Made by a program: the position numbers and the translations under genes
Origin: an uncultured delta proteobacterium
GTDB lineage: Bacteria > Desulfobacterota > WTBG01 > CAIYCZ01
Length of the DNA stretch: 64,000 nt
Direction of reading: 5' to 3'
Assembly (NCBI GenBank): GCA_963803975.1
Contig: CAWDOY010000054.1
Span: forward strand, 127,607-191,606
Part shown: positions 11,908-21,711 of the stretch, one piece after another
How positions within the stretch are numbered: position 1 is the stretch's first letter
Layout: each line of letters starts with the position of its first letter
The notes under the pieces: generated by a model
Databases searched by the model: none
Told to the model about the DNA's origin: nothing
What the model saw: only the letters and a program-made list of their open reading frames with translations

Positions 11908-12571
11908 CTAATCCCCGGCTACGGTCTCTGCAAAACGCCTGAGAACCTGCAGCCCCAGCAGCTGGCTCTTTTCCGGATGAAACTGAAAAGCAACTATATT
12001 GTCTTTCCAGATGCTTGAGGTGAACTCAACGCCGTAGCGCGTGGTTGCCGCAGCCACGTCCCGGTCCTGCGGCACGACATAGTAGGAGTGGACGAAGTAG
12101 AAATATGATTCATCCGGGATGCCTTCAAGGCACGGAGGCCGCCTTTTTATGCTGATGGTATTCCAGCCCATGTGGGGGATTTTCAAGCGCGCGGGATTTC
12201 CGCCTGAAGAGCCCTGCTGCTCCACCATGCGGTCAGGGAAGCGGACCACACGGCCCTTAATGATATCAAGGCCGGGGGTGATGCCGAATTCCTCGCTTTC
12301 GGAAAAAAGAATCTGCAGGCCCAGGCAGAGCCCCAGGAACGGCTTTCCTGCCTGAATGGATTTGACCAGAGGCGTGTATCAGGTTGAGCGCATCAAGGTT
12401 TTTCAGGCAGTCTCTGAAAGCGCCCACGCCGGGCAGCACCAGGGCCCGGGCGTCGCGCACCTCCTGCGGAGTGCGGATGATGCGCGCTTCGTAGCCGGTC
12501 TTTTCAAATGCCTTCTGCACGCTGCGCAGGTTACCCATCCCGTAGTCAATGATACTGATTATACTGCCCAC
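11908..12571 (-). CDS. hisH: Imidazole glycerol phosphate synthase glutaminase subunit, frameshifted
   Basis: IIDYGMGNLRSV, LPGVGAF; IPHMGWN, YFVHSY, QFHPEKS. Confidence 0.94.
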
Positions 12572-12574
12572 CTG

Positions 12575-13162
12575 CTACAGCGTTCCTTTCGTCGAGGGCA
12601 CGCCGCTAACCCGCTGGTCAATCTGGGTGGCTTCGTCGAGAGAGCGCGCGAATGCCTTGAAGATGGCCTCAATGATATGGTGATAATTTTTACCGCGCAG
12701 CACATTGATGTGCAGGGTGGTGCCGCTCTTATTCACAAAGGCCTGAAAGAATTCCTCGACCAGCTCAAGGTCAAAGGTTCCGGTTTTGCCTTTCAGCGGC
12801 GGAACATTGAATATCAGAAACGGCCGTCCGCTGATGTCAAGCGCCACCTGCGCCAGAGATTCATCCATAGGTACGGTTTTATCACCATAGCGCCTGATAT
12901 TGCGCTTGCCGCCGAGCGCCTTGAGCACTGCCTCGCCAAGGCAGATGCCGGTATCCTCCACCGTATGGTGCAGGTCTATGTGGGTGTCCCCCTGCGCCTT
13001 GATGGTGAGATCAAACAGCCCGTGCTTTGCCGTCAGCTCCAGCATGTGATTGAGAAAGGGGGCCGGGGTTGCGATGCGGTAGGCGCCTGAACCGTCAATG
13101 TTCAGGCGCACCGTGATGTCGGTCTCAGATGTTTTTCTCTTTATGGTTGCTGTCCGTTTCAT
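12575..13162 (-). CDS. hisB: Imidazoleglycerol-phosphate dehydratase
   Basis: [41 protein letters not shown]. Confidence 0.97.
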   Translation of the reverse strand: MKRTATIKRKTSETDITVRLNIDGSGAYRIATPAPFLNHMLELTAKHGLFDLTIKAQGDTHIDLHHTVEDTGICLGEAVLKALGGKRNIRRYGDKTVPMDESLAQVALDISGRPFLIFNVPPLKGKTGTFDLELVEEFFQAFVNKSGTTLHINVLRGKNYHHIIEAIFKAFARSLDEATQIDQRVSGVPSTKGTL

Positions 13163-13245
13163 TAAAGTCTCCGCTGATGTGCGCTGCATGATAGTGCAGC
13201 CTATTGTAGCACCGGTGTTTCAGCTGTTTCAAGAATTTTTCCCGA

Positions 13246-13518
13246 TCAGCTCTTGGGGGCTTTTTTCTGCGCCTTGGCCTGAGCCTTTAAGGCTTTTTTA
13301 TCAGCTTTAAAACATTGCTGAGCGCCGGTAATGGCAGGTTCACTCTGCTTCATGTCAGCCGGCTTGAGCGGCTCAACCGCAGTGCCTGCAGCGTCCCGAA
13401 GTTTCCTTTTTTTAAAATAATCTACTATATGGGTGCTGAAGGATTTTCCAAACTGGCCAATAAACCCTGCCAGTAGCACTATGACAATCCATTTCAGTGC
13501 TTCAAGAAACGTATCCAT
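13246..13518 (-). CDS. Hypothetical small protein with an N-terminal transmembrane segment
   Basis: LKWIVIVLLAGFIGQFGKS followed by a Lys/Ala-rich tail. Confidence 0.6.
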   Translation of the reverse strand: MDTFLEALKWIVIVLLAGFIGQFGKSFSTHIVDYFKKRKLRDAAGTAVEPLKPADMKQSEPAITGAQQCFKADKKALKAQAKAQKKAPKS

Positions 13519-13654
13519 TGTCCATAGTTATTGCTGAAAAGAGCTTTAACTTCAAGCTATTTCTCTCTCATTTTATACTTGTCTATTTATCATGATTCAA
13601 ATATCTTTACGGTAAGATGTAGGGCGCTACAAACAGTACGAATTGACTGGCACG

Positions 13655-14299
13655 ATGGCATTAGACAGCTTTTTTTATGTTGCAACGCGAATAAGAACAT
13701 TCTTTTCACCCGCCATAAAAAAATTACTTCCTGAATTTCTGGCCGCAGCGCTGCGAACCCGGGCGAATCAGCTCATTGGCCCTGCAGCTCTTTATATGCT
13801 GCTGTCAGATCTGAGCACCATCCCCTCCATCAAGCTTCCGCCCGGCTATCATTCTGCTGCTCTTTCTCCCGGACATGAAATCGATTATATCGGGGTAATG
13901 CGCCGGTCTCTGGTGGCAGAGGCTGACATGGAATGGTTCTGCAGAACCTTCAGCAATGACGCGCAATATAATCCGGATAATTTGCTGCTCATCTATGAAG
14001 ACACCACACCAATAGCTGCGGCAGCAGCCTGGCAGACGCTGTTGGGGTCAAAGAAGACGGGCCTTGTGCATATGGTCGGCGTTGACAGGAAGTATCAGGG
14101 CCGGGGTTTGGGGAGAGTCATAACGCTGCTGGTTCTGCGCCGGCTGAAAGAACGCGGGTTTCATAGCGTGATGGCAGCTACCGAGGATTTCCGCATACCG
14201 GCGCTTAGCCTCTATCTGTCTCTCGGGTTCAAACCGGTATGCAGGAACAGGCTGGACGCACTGAGATGGAAAAAGGTTTTGAGCCGGATACCGGTATAG
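13655..14299 (+). CDS. GNAT-family N-acetyltransferase
   Basis: VHMVGVDRKYQGRGLG acetyl-CoA motif; ALSLYLSLGF. Confidence 0.8.
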   Translation: MALDSFFYVATRIRTFFSPAIKKLLPEFLAAALRTRANQLIGPAALYMLLSDLSTIPSIKLPPGYHSAALSPGHEIDYIGVMRRSLVAEADMEWFCRTFSNDAQYNPDNLLLIYEDTTPIAAAAAWQTLLGSKKTGLVHMVGVDRKYQGRGLGRVITLLVLRRLKERGFHSVMAATEDFRIPALSLYLSLGFKPVCRNRLDALRWKKVLSRIPV

Positions 14300-14512
14300 C
14301 CGGGAAATCGGCCTTGTTATTGCTGTGACCGGCCGGATTCCTGTGGGAGTTTCCGCCGCGCAGCCTGAACGAGAGCAGCTGCTGGTAACGGGGACCATTA
14401 AAACTACCAAACACGTAAAAGCGTTTTTGCAGGCAGCAAGCGTCAGGATACTTCCGTAGTAATTATGATCTTTGTGCCTTCTTGTGCCTTCTGCCTGTTG
14501 CCTTTTCCTTCC

Positions 14513-16036
14513 CTACCTCGCCGTTCCACCCCTCTTCTGCACCACAGCTTCTATGGGTCCATGGAAGATATTGTTATCCTGCAGGTCAGTGTTCTCCAGC
14601 CGGTAAAAACAGGCATTCCCTTCTTTCATCGTGTCATCAACATATTCGTAAGATGCCCCATCTGCCGCGGAGCCGCGCGCGGGAATGATCTGGGAATTAA
14701 TTTTAATGTAGGTGCCGTTGGCCGCCTCAGCGCGGTAGATGTTGAAGCCGGCATTGCCGGGTTCCGCTCTGGTGCTCCACCGCAGCGCCACGTGACTGTT
14801 CCCGGGCAGGGCGGAGAAGTTCTTAAGCTCAGTCAGCGGCGCCCGGGACGTTAAGCAGTACAGGCCCCCGGCTCCCCCGCACATGCTGTACACATAGAGG
14901 CTTTCGTCATCGCCGATGGTGATATGTTCAAAGGAACTGGTGGGCACACAGAGGCTGTCCAGCTTCCAGCGCTCAGTGCCGCTCGCGCTGTAACTGTACA
15001 GGGCAAAGGGCTCGGCGGTTGCAAAGTAGATATTATCCTGGGCATCCGCAACAATGGCAGCCTGGATGTAGCCCGGCACGGTTATCTCCCAGCGCGGCTG
15101 GCCCTCCAGGTCATAAGAGGCCACGCGGTCATAATCTCCCGGGGCTTCTTTGGGCGCGTAGATTATACCGCTGTCGGTAACAGCAATGCTGGTGGGCTGG
15201 TTTTTATGATGTCCTTCCCTGCTCCACTTGAGAGAGCCGTCAGGATTTATAGCCAGCAGGGTTCCGTTGCTGACGGCCAAAATGGTTCCATTGGGAGCAG
15301 CGCAGCGCAGCTCTGCTGCGGGATAGGACCAGACCGTTTTCCAGAATTCCTTGCCGGTTCCGGGGTCGCTCGCTATCTGCTGCGCGTCAATCACGTGCGG
15401 GTCGCTGCCCCGGCTGCATTGCTGGCGATATACCAGCGAGTCGTCGCCGCTGTCGGGAATTGTGTCAGGATAAAACGTGCAGTAGCCGGGCCACACAGCA
15501 GCGCCGTCACGGTCGTATATCTGTTCCTGGAAATGAATTAATCCCCCGGCAAGGCTAACGCCGAAACCGCCGTTCCAGTAATTCGCTTTGCCCTCCCATT
15601 CTTTGGAACCCATGCTGTTAAGACCTGCCTTTTTCCCGAAGCAGCCGCCGTCATGCACATAGACATGATTCTGTTCGTCCAGGGCAAATTTGTGACACAC
15701 ATCAGGATATGACCAGAGAAGCGACCCATTGTTGTCATAGTGCAGCAGCGCGTTTCCACGCGCATCATAACGATAGATCCCATCCGGGGTTGTGTAGGCT
15801 GAGCCCCACTGCGTGCCGGGTATCACCCATTTTATGACCGGCTTTGTGACGGGACCGGTGCCGGATGACTGGGCGGTATGCTGCGGGTTGTTGCCCTGCA
15901 TGGACCAGCAGGGCAGGGACTTGGCGCTCACCTCGGCAACATAGCTTACCGCAGCAAGCACTGTTATAAGCAGACCTGCCGTTATGCCGCGCAAAAGTTT
16001 TGAGAATGAATTAGGTGACAGTGATTTTTGCCTCAT
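14513..16036 (-). CDS. Secreted PQQ/BamB-like beta-propeller protein with a C-terminal Fn3-like module
   Basis: Signal peptide; WSMQGNNPQHT; repeats AINPDGSLKW, YDLEGQPRW, SASGTERW; C-terminal W.T..E..NAGFNIYRA..YEYVD. Confidence 0.7.
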   Translation of the reverse strand: MRQKSLSPNSFSKLLRGITAGLLITVLAAVSYVAEVSAKSLPCWSMQGNNPQHTAQSSGTGPVTKPVIKWVIPGTQWGSAYTTPDGIYRYDARGNALLHYDNNGSLLWSYPDVCHKFALDEQNHVYVHDGGCFGKKAGLNSMGSKEWEGKANYWNGGFGVSLAGGLIHFQEQIYDRDGAAVWPGYCTFYPDTIPDSGDDSLVYRQQCSRGSDPHVIDAQQIASDPGTGKEFWKTVWSYPAAELRCAAPNGTILAVSNGTLLAINPDGSLKWSREGHHKNQPTSIAVTDSGIIYAPKEAPGDYDRVASYDLEGQPRWEITVPGYIQAAIVADAQDNIYFATAEPFALYSYSASGTERWKLDSLCVPTSSFEHITIGDDESLYVYSMCGGAGGLYCLTSRAPLTELKNFSALPGNSHVALRWSTRAEPGNAGFNIYRAEAANGTYIKINSQIIPARGSAADGASYEYVDDTMKEGNACFYRLENTDLQDNNIFHGPIEAVVQKRGGTAR

Positions 16037-16063
16037 TCAGCAAGATTGTAAGATTGAATTACA

Positions 16064-16102
16064 AAATAAAAAACCCCCGCCAGCACGCAGGCTGACAGAG
16101 GT
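16064..16102 (-). terminator. Intrinsic terminator in the leader upstream of the beta-propeller gene
   Basis: Minus strand cctctgtcagc-ctgcgt-gctggcggggg followed by ttttttatttt. Confidence 0.6.
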
Positions 16103-16187
16103 TCTGGTAATTACAAAAAATTATGATTATTATGCTGAAGGCTGGCTATTGATGATGCCACGGGAATAATCCCCTGATTTCCAAATA

Positions 16188-16216
16188 ATCATATAAAAAA
16201 ACAAATAATAAGTCAA
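16188..16216 (-). promoter_or_regulatory. Sigma70-like promoter
   Basis: Minus strand TTGACT-17 nt-TATGAT. Confidence 0.6.
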
Positions 16217-16379
16217 TAACTCATGTTGATTGATGTATTGAAATTAAATTGGCAATTATTGAATTTATTTTTATTATTTTATATCCTATGAAAGAATTAG
16301 TTTTGACTACCTGCTTCTCTTCATGTAAATAATAGCTATAATATAACAAGAAAATATAGTGACAGGGAGGAGTAGCTTT

Positions 16380-17138
16380 ATGGACAATATAATGAGAACA
16401 GCAAATCCGGCGTTAAACGATAAAACGTTCACAGGGCTCGAGTATTCCGGGGCGCGAGATAATGTGATGACCATACAGGGCACGGTAAATAAGACCGGTG
16501 TACTGCTTGCCCTGGTTTTAATAGCGGCAGCATGGGTGTGGAAGATGTTTTTCGAGAGCGGCAACCCGGCGGCAGTAACACCTTGGATGATCGGGGGAGC
16601 CATTGGCGGGTTTGTTGTCGCCCTGGTGACGGTATTTAAAAAAGAGTGGGCGGGAGCGACTGCTCCGGTGTACGCGGTGCTGGAAGGATTATTTCTTGGC
16701 GGAACCTCCGCCATCTTTGAAGCGCGCTTTCCGGGGATTGTGATTCAGGCAGTCGGACTTACCTTCGGCACCCTGTTCTGCCTTCTGATTGCTTACAGAT
16801 CAGGGCTCATAAAGGCGACAGAAAATTTCAAGCTGGGCGTTGTGGCCGCAACCGGCGGGATCGCGCTGATGTATTTTATCACCATGATCCTGGGCTTCTT
16901 CGGTGTCAGCGTGCCCTTCATTCAGGGCAGCAGTCCCCTCAGCATCGGTATCAGTGTTTTTATCGTGATAATTGCCGCGCTGAACCTGGTGCTTGATTTT
17001 GATTTCATTGAAAACGGCTCCGCTGCGGGCGCACCCAAATACATGGAGTGGTATGCCGCCTTCGGCCTGATGGTCACCCTGATATGGCTCTACATCGAGA
17101 TTTTGCGGCTGCTGAGCAAGTTACGGTCGCGGGATTAG
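16380..17138 (+). CDS. Bax inhibitor-1/YccA family membrane protein
   Basis: MRTANPAL, MTIQGTVNKT, NLVLDFDFIE, EWYAAFGLMVTLIWLYIEILRLL. Confidence 0.9.
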   Translation: MDNIMRTANPALNDKTFTGLEYSGARDNVMTIQGTVNKTGVLLALVLIAAAWVWKMFFESGNPAAVTPWMIGGAIGGFVVALVTVFKKEWAGATAPVYAVLEGLFLGGTSAIFEARFPGIVIQAVGLTFGTLFCLLIAYRSGLIKATENFKLGVVAATGGIALMYFITMILGFFGVSVPFIQGSSPLSIGISVFIVIIAALNLVLDFDFIENGSAAGAPKYMEWYAAFGLMVTLIWLYIEILRLLSKLRSRD

Positions 17139-17201
17139 GAATGCGTTGAGCGAAAAAGAGGGCAGCGCCCTATAAAAAGAGTACTCAATGCGGTTCATTA
17201 T

Positions 17202-17429
17202 TTATAAGAGTTTTTTAAATTCTTCTGTTTCGAGACGGGCTTGTTTTAAAATGTGGGCAAGAGTTGAACGCTTGATCGGTCGGCGAGTTGGGACAGTTAA
17301 CTTGAGGACTTCTGTTGCGGTATGTTTCTGCAGTCGGATGTGGCTTCCTTTTTGTCGTACTACTACCCAGCCATCCCGCTGCAATGCCCTGATAACTTGT
17401 TCGTAATTGACGCTGGGTACTTTTGTCAT
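17202..17429 (-). CDS. hicA: HicA-family toxin
   Basis: ALQRDGWVVVRQKGSHIRL..LTVP..TLAHILKQA. Confidence 0.88.
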   Translation of the reverse strand: MTKVPSVNYEQVIRALQRDGWVVVRQKGSHIRLQKHTATEVLKLTVPTRRPIKRSTLAHILKQARLETEEFKKLL

Positions 17430-17635
17430 ACTGCCAGTTCAATCACTTCAGCCTTTGGAAGAGACAACAGGTCATCTTCAACCGGCTCAAGATACAGCTC
17501 AATGGCTTCTTTAATATTTGCCAGGGCTTGTTCACGGGTATCCCCCTCGCTGATACAACCGGGAAGGCTTGGCACTAATGCTGTAAAACCACCTTCATCA
17601 CTCGGCTCTAATACTATTTTAAGCTTCATCACCAA
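17426..17635 (-). CDS. hicB: HicB-family antitoxin (short form)
   Basis: EPSDEGGFTALVPSLPGCISEGDTREQALANIKEAIELYL. Confidence 0.9.
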   Translation of the reverse strand: MVMKLKIVLEPSDEGGFTALVPSLPGCISEGDTREQALANIKEAIELYLEPVEDDLLSLPKAEVIELAV

Positions 17636-17661
17636 CCACCCGTTTTCTTGTTGAGTTTGAG

Positions 17662-17739
<78 letters not shown>

Positions 17740-17841
17740 ATCAAAAAGAAAAATTCTAAACACGAAATTCTAATGCCCAAAACCTACAGAGCAGGTGAAG
17801 AAGAAAGTACCATAAGTCAGCGATAAAGGCAACGCTTCTAT

Positions 17842-17993
17842 CAGGCTGTTGAAAAACACCCATCTGCTGCGTTGCGCTCACCCATCGTCATTGCGACGTA
17901 CTGGAAAGTACGCCTCATTCCTGCAGGATTTCGCGCGCCTTGCATCTGGATGTTTTTGACCAGCCTGGAAAAGACTACTTTTTCAACAGACTG
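17842..17993. mobile_element. MITE-like element, copy 1
   Basis: Terminal IRs CAGGCTGTTGAAAAA / TTTTTCAACAGACTG; 4-bp direct repeat CTAT on both flanks. Confidence 0.75.
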
Positions 17994-18600
17994 CTATTGG
18001 CTGACCATGCCCAGAAAATCCGGGAGGATTTTGCGAAGCTCATGCAGGGCCCGCGCCCGGTGACTGATTCTATTTTTCTGCTCAGGCTCCATCTCGGCAA
18101 AGGTGAGCCCTGATGCAGGGTCTAAAAAGACCGGGTCATAGCCGAAACCGTTATGCCCGCGCGGCTCATCAATGATCACGCCCCGGTATTCTCCGGTGAC
18201 CACCTTCTCCGTTCCCGATGGGCTGACAATCGCAAGCACGCAGCAAAAGCGCGCACCGCGGTTTTCAGGCGCTAACCCCTGCAGCTTCCGCAGCAGCTTT
18301 TTATAATTTTCCCTGTCACTGGCTCTGTCTCCGGCATAGCGGGCAGAATAAATGCCGGGATGTCCGGAGAGAGCAGTCAACTTCCAGCCCTGAATCATCA
18401 GCAATAGTTACCAGGCCGGTGTGAGCGCAGATGGCGCGGGCTTTTTTCAGGGCGTTTTCTGCAAAACTCTCCCCGTCTTCTACCACAGCAGGGTGTTCAG
18501 AGAAATCCTTAAGAGAAAGAAGCTCCACGTCAAAGCCCTGCAGCAGGTCCTTCAGTTCCCTGAGTTTATTCTGATTCGTCGTGGCGATAACGATTTTCAT
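17994..18600 (-). CDS. rdgB: XTP/dITP diphosphatase (RdgB/HAM1), frameshift near 18380
   Basis: MKIVIATTNQNKLRE, ENALKKA, ADDSGLEVD; PGIYSARY, GFGYDPVF, KNRISHRARA. Confidence 0.93.
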
Positions 18601-18910
18601 GGTTTTAAAAAGGCACAAGGCAACAGGCACAAAGGCACAGAGGTTGGAAGAAGTGCTGCGTTTGGAGTAATTTGGTTTTTCGTACTTCCACGTTTCAGTT
18701 TCCGTGTTTTCTTGCGAGCTGCGAGTCACGGGCCACCGGGCACTGTTCACCCGTCCTCCGCCCGCCTTCCGAAGCACGCTTCGTGCGGAGGGCAGGTAGC
18801 ACCGAAAAGTGTGGCCAGACCAAATTCAAACGTATACTTCGCAATCACCGATACGTTTTTTTTCAACACTGCGGAGGGTGGACGAATCCCGAGTCCCGAT
18901 CCACGACGCA

Positions 18911-19701
18911 CTACATGGGTATTTCAGGCTGAATCACGATGCGGCTGATATTCAGGTCTTTAACATCAGGCGGCAGCTTCATGTTTTTAAAGAACAGGGT
19001 ATTGCCCTTGCGCGTAAGGGGCACTGGTCATTACCGGGTTATTCAGGTAGAAGGTATATTTCTGGCACTCCTGGTGGCAGGGAAAGACACCGATTACCCC
19101 CTTCTTCTCCGGGAGGTCACAGTTTGCAACCAGGCAGAAGCGGGTGGTGGAGACATAGGCAAACGGAATGTAGAGGGAGAGCTTCAGATCAGGCGGCGCG
19201 CCGCCCAGATCAAGACCCTGCAAAGGATTATCAAGCTCTACCCGGGTAATGTTATTTTCCTGCAAAAACCGCTGATAGACCGGCACCCCGAGGTTGGTGC
19301 TTTTCAGGTGCTGCAGAGGCCCCGGAGGGAAGCTTATCAAGGACATTGGCAATGCGCGGGCCCCGCTTGAGCTTGGTGAGGAGTCTTCCCTGCACCGGTT
19401 CAAGGCGCGGGAACTGCTGCCTGATGATGCGCAGGACCCCCCAGTCATTAAACACCACCTCGGTTCCATCGGGAAGAACTGCAAGCAGCCGTTCAACAGC
19501 GCGAATACCGGCGTCGGTGACATACGGCGTGACCAGGGTGAACGGCAAGCCCCCGGTCAAGCACGCTCTTCATCATCCGGCAAGCGTTTCCGGGCCCGGC
19601 AGGAGCCGCTCACAGAACTCGTTGCCGAAATAGACCCGCTGGTAGTCGGCAGTAAGGTATTTTAAATTTTTCTGTTTTGCAATGAAAAGGGCGCGTTCCA
19701 T
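18911..19701 (-). CDS. Hypothetical Cys-containing protein, possibly U32-peptidase related; several frameshifts
   Basis: Joined frames: MERALFI..RVYFGNEFCERLLP / FTLVTPYVTD..EVVFNDWG..GRLLTK / YVSTTRFC..C..EC / KGNTLF..RIVIQPEIPM*. Confidence 0.55.
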
Positions 19702-19800
19702 GATTTTAAACGTGAAAAGAGAAAAGTAGAAAGTGAAACATAGGATCAATATTATAGATTTTCATGACACGTAATGGGATACTATGCAACAGCGCGGGAT

Positions 19801-19843
19801 AAAAAATATGGTCAGAAACAGCTCTGTCTCTGACCATATTTTT
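19801..19843. terminator. Inverted repeat; probable terminator downstream of the SnoaL gene
   Basis: aaaaatatggtcaga ... tctgaccatattttt. Confidence 0.65.
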
Positions 19844-19868
19844 GAATACTGTCAATAGTGCTGCCTGC

Positions 19869-20348
19869 TTATTTCAAGCCGCACAGCTTATCATCTTTCC
19901 AGCCCTGCTTGATGTCCGCGGCATAGAACAGTTTCAGCGTCATATGGCTCATTTTCCATTTTCCATTTTCCTTGCGGTATTTGTCAAACTCAAGCCCTGA
20001 CAGAAAAATATCTTTGCCGTTTGCCATGGAGCTGGTCTGCCAGAGATAAAACACGCCTTCTGCTTCTGTGTCGCTTAAGATTTTAATGCGCGGCTGCAGG
20101 AAGAAGTGCACGCCGAAGAGCAGCGTATTTTTTGCGCCGTCGAAAAAGTTACACACTTCATCGATTCCCACATACTTTCCAAAACCTTCTTTCTCTCCAT
20201 CCCACACCGCATCCTTGGTGAAGAGGTCTCTCATGCGCTTGGGATTGTACAGATCGTCGCAGGCATCCGCATATTCAGCTTTTAACTGCTTGATGGCTTC
20301 GATATCTTCCAGTCTCTGTACACGTTTTGCGAGTTCATTGATGTCCAT
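19869..20348 (-). CDS. NTF2/SnoaL-like fold protein (LinA/BaiE-like dehydratase family)
   Basis: RVQRLEDIEAIKQLKAEYADACD, LFTKDAVWD, H..PRI, DKYRKENGKWK. Confidence 0.8.
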   Translation of the reverse strand: MDINELAKRVQRLEDIEAIKQLKAEYADACDDLYNPKRMRDLFTKDAVWDGEKEGFGKYVGIDEVCNFFDGAKNTLLFGVHFFLQPRIKILSDTEAEGVFYLWQTSSMANGKDIFLSGLEFDKYRKENGKWKMSHMTLKLFYAADIKQGWKDDKLCGLK

Positions 20349-20412
20349 CTCGGTCCTCCTTTGGTGTTTTTGGTTATGAATAACTCGTATCCTCGCGGGA
20401 TAAACTCTTACT

Positions 20413-20430
20413 ACTGGTTATCTAACCAGT
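20413..20430. promoter_or_regulatory. Perfect palindrome, candidate operator upstream of the SnoaL gene
   Basis: ACTGGTTA-TC-TAACCAGT. Confidence 0.5.
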
Positions 20431-20543
20431 TGCTAGCATATTTCTGGTAACCAACAAAAAATACTCTACTTTTCTCCCCGGTACTTGTCAATAGAAAAGA
20501 GCAGCAGGCGCTGAACAGGACGCACGAATCACGAAAGCCCCCC

Positions 20544-20783
20544 CTATTTTATAGGGTTGAACTTTGTCATGGTGAGGGCTGTCGCCGCCAGCTTAAAGAT
20601 ATATTCTATAAATTTAACCATCGTCTCGCTCACGCCCCAGAAAAAGAAGAGGAATCCGATCAGCAGAAAAATATTCGCCCAGATCCGCTTCAGCATGCCG
20701 GGAGAATTTTTGATAATAAAGTAGGAATTTATCATCAGGGTGAGCCCGACAGATAAGAGAATTACAATTACATACTTGGACAT
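20544..20783 (-). CDS. Hypothetical small membrane protein (2 TM)
   Basis: Two hydrophobic stretches; AGGAG RBS. Confidence 0.55.
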   Translation of the reverse strand: MSKYVIVILLSVGLTLMINSYFIIKNSPGMLKRIWANIFLLIGFLFFFWGVSETMVKFIEYIFKLAATALTMTKFNPIK

Positions 20784-20840
20784 CGCTCTTCTCCTGCGGG
20801 AAGGTAGTGCCGGATGCTGCGGGCAGCGTGCTCCGTTGCG

Positions 20841-21101
20841 TTAAGACAAAAGCTCGGGTTCACACAAAAGCTCTGAATTTACCGCAACCTGTCCGCAGTT
20901 TTTGCATTTATAGCGTAGGGTATGGACTTTATTCTGACAGAACTTCGGCGTGTTGACGGATTTGCTGCCGCACCAGTCTGCCCTGGTCCCCTTTCCCTGC
21001 ATTTTGCAAATACCGTCGTGACTGAGAGATACCGCACCGCAGTTGGCACAGATGAAGGCCGGCGTACTCTTGTGAGCAGGTAGATGCTTTTTCGTGGTCA
21101 T
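20841..21101 (-). CDS. Small Cys-rich protein
   Basis: CANCG..IC and CKNCG..LC halves plus two further Cys; AAGGAG RBS. Confidence 0.65.
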   Translation of the reverse strand: MTTKKHLPAHKSTPAFICANCGAVSLSHDGICKMQGKGTRADWCGSKSVNTPKFCQNKVHTLRYKCKNCGQVAVNSELLCEPELLS

Positions 21102-21335
21102 GAGTCAGGTCTCCTTGCACAGTGACTGATGGTCATTGGTCATTTTTGATATATACGGAACTGCACAGTTAGTCAAGCAGTCATAGACCGTGCTTTAACT
21201 TCAAACTTAAAGGCACCAGAACCTGCCGTTTTGTTAACAGCATGTTTATTTTATCTTTTTTTGTCTTTAATCCCTTAAGTGAAGGAAATAATAACCGATT
21301 TTATATATGTGCATTATTTTTAAGGAGAAGAGGCG

Positions 21336-21464
21336 ATGAATAACTTAATTGACAAGACTCTGTTCTGGCTTAAAATAAACGAAGAGTCGATTCTTAATTT
21401 CTTAGCCTATGTCGTTGCTCCGCTGCTGGTTGTGGTGATACTGTCCTGGCTCAGCTTTTCCTGA
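21336..21464 (+). CDS. 42-aa single-TM microprotein (not in the ORF track)
   Basis: AAGGAG RBS; MNNLIDKTLFWLKINEESILNFLAYVVAPLLVVVILSWLSFS. Confidence 0.5.
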   Translation: MNNLIDKTLFWLKINEESILNFLAYVVAPLLVVVILSWLSFS

Positions 21465-21711
21465 GAGCGCGACGTCTATTCAGGTTATTTTCATAGGTAC
21501 GGGAGGCCGTTCCCTCAAACAGATAGCCCCTGTATTCGTCCAGCCATATTGCCAACCTCTATTTTCCTGGCATTCAAAAACCGCTGTTTTTTTTACGCTG
21601 TCCTTGCTGCAACCCGTTTACAGAAAGTGCTTCTCTGCAGACAGAGCTTTGTGGTATTTAGCTGCAAAGGGTTTTAATTGAGATACAACACTTCAACGGT
21701 AACTCCCCGGC

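Noticed and set aside
14300..14460. Possible ncRNA or riboswitch downstream of the GNAT gene
   Set aside because: Some pairing potential but no recognisable consensus, and it lies between convergent genes
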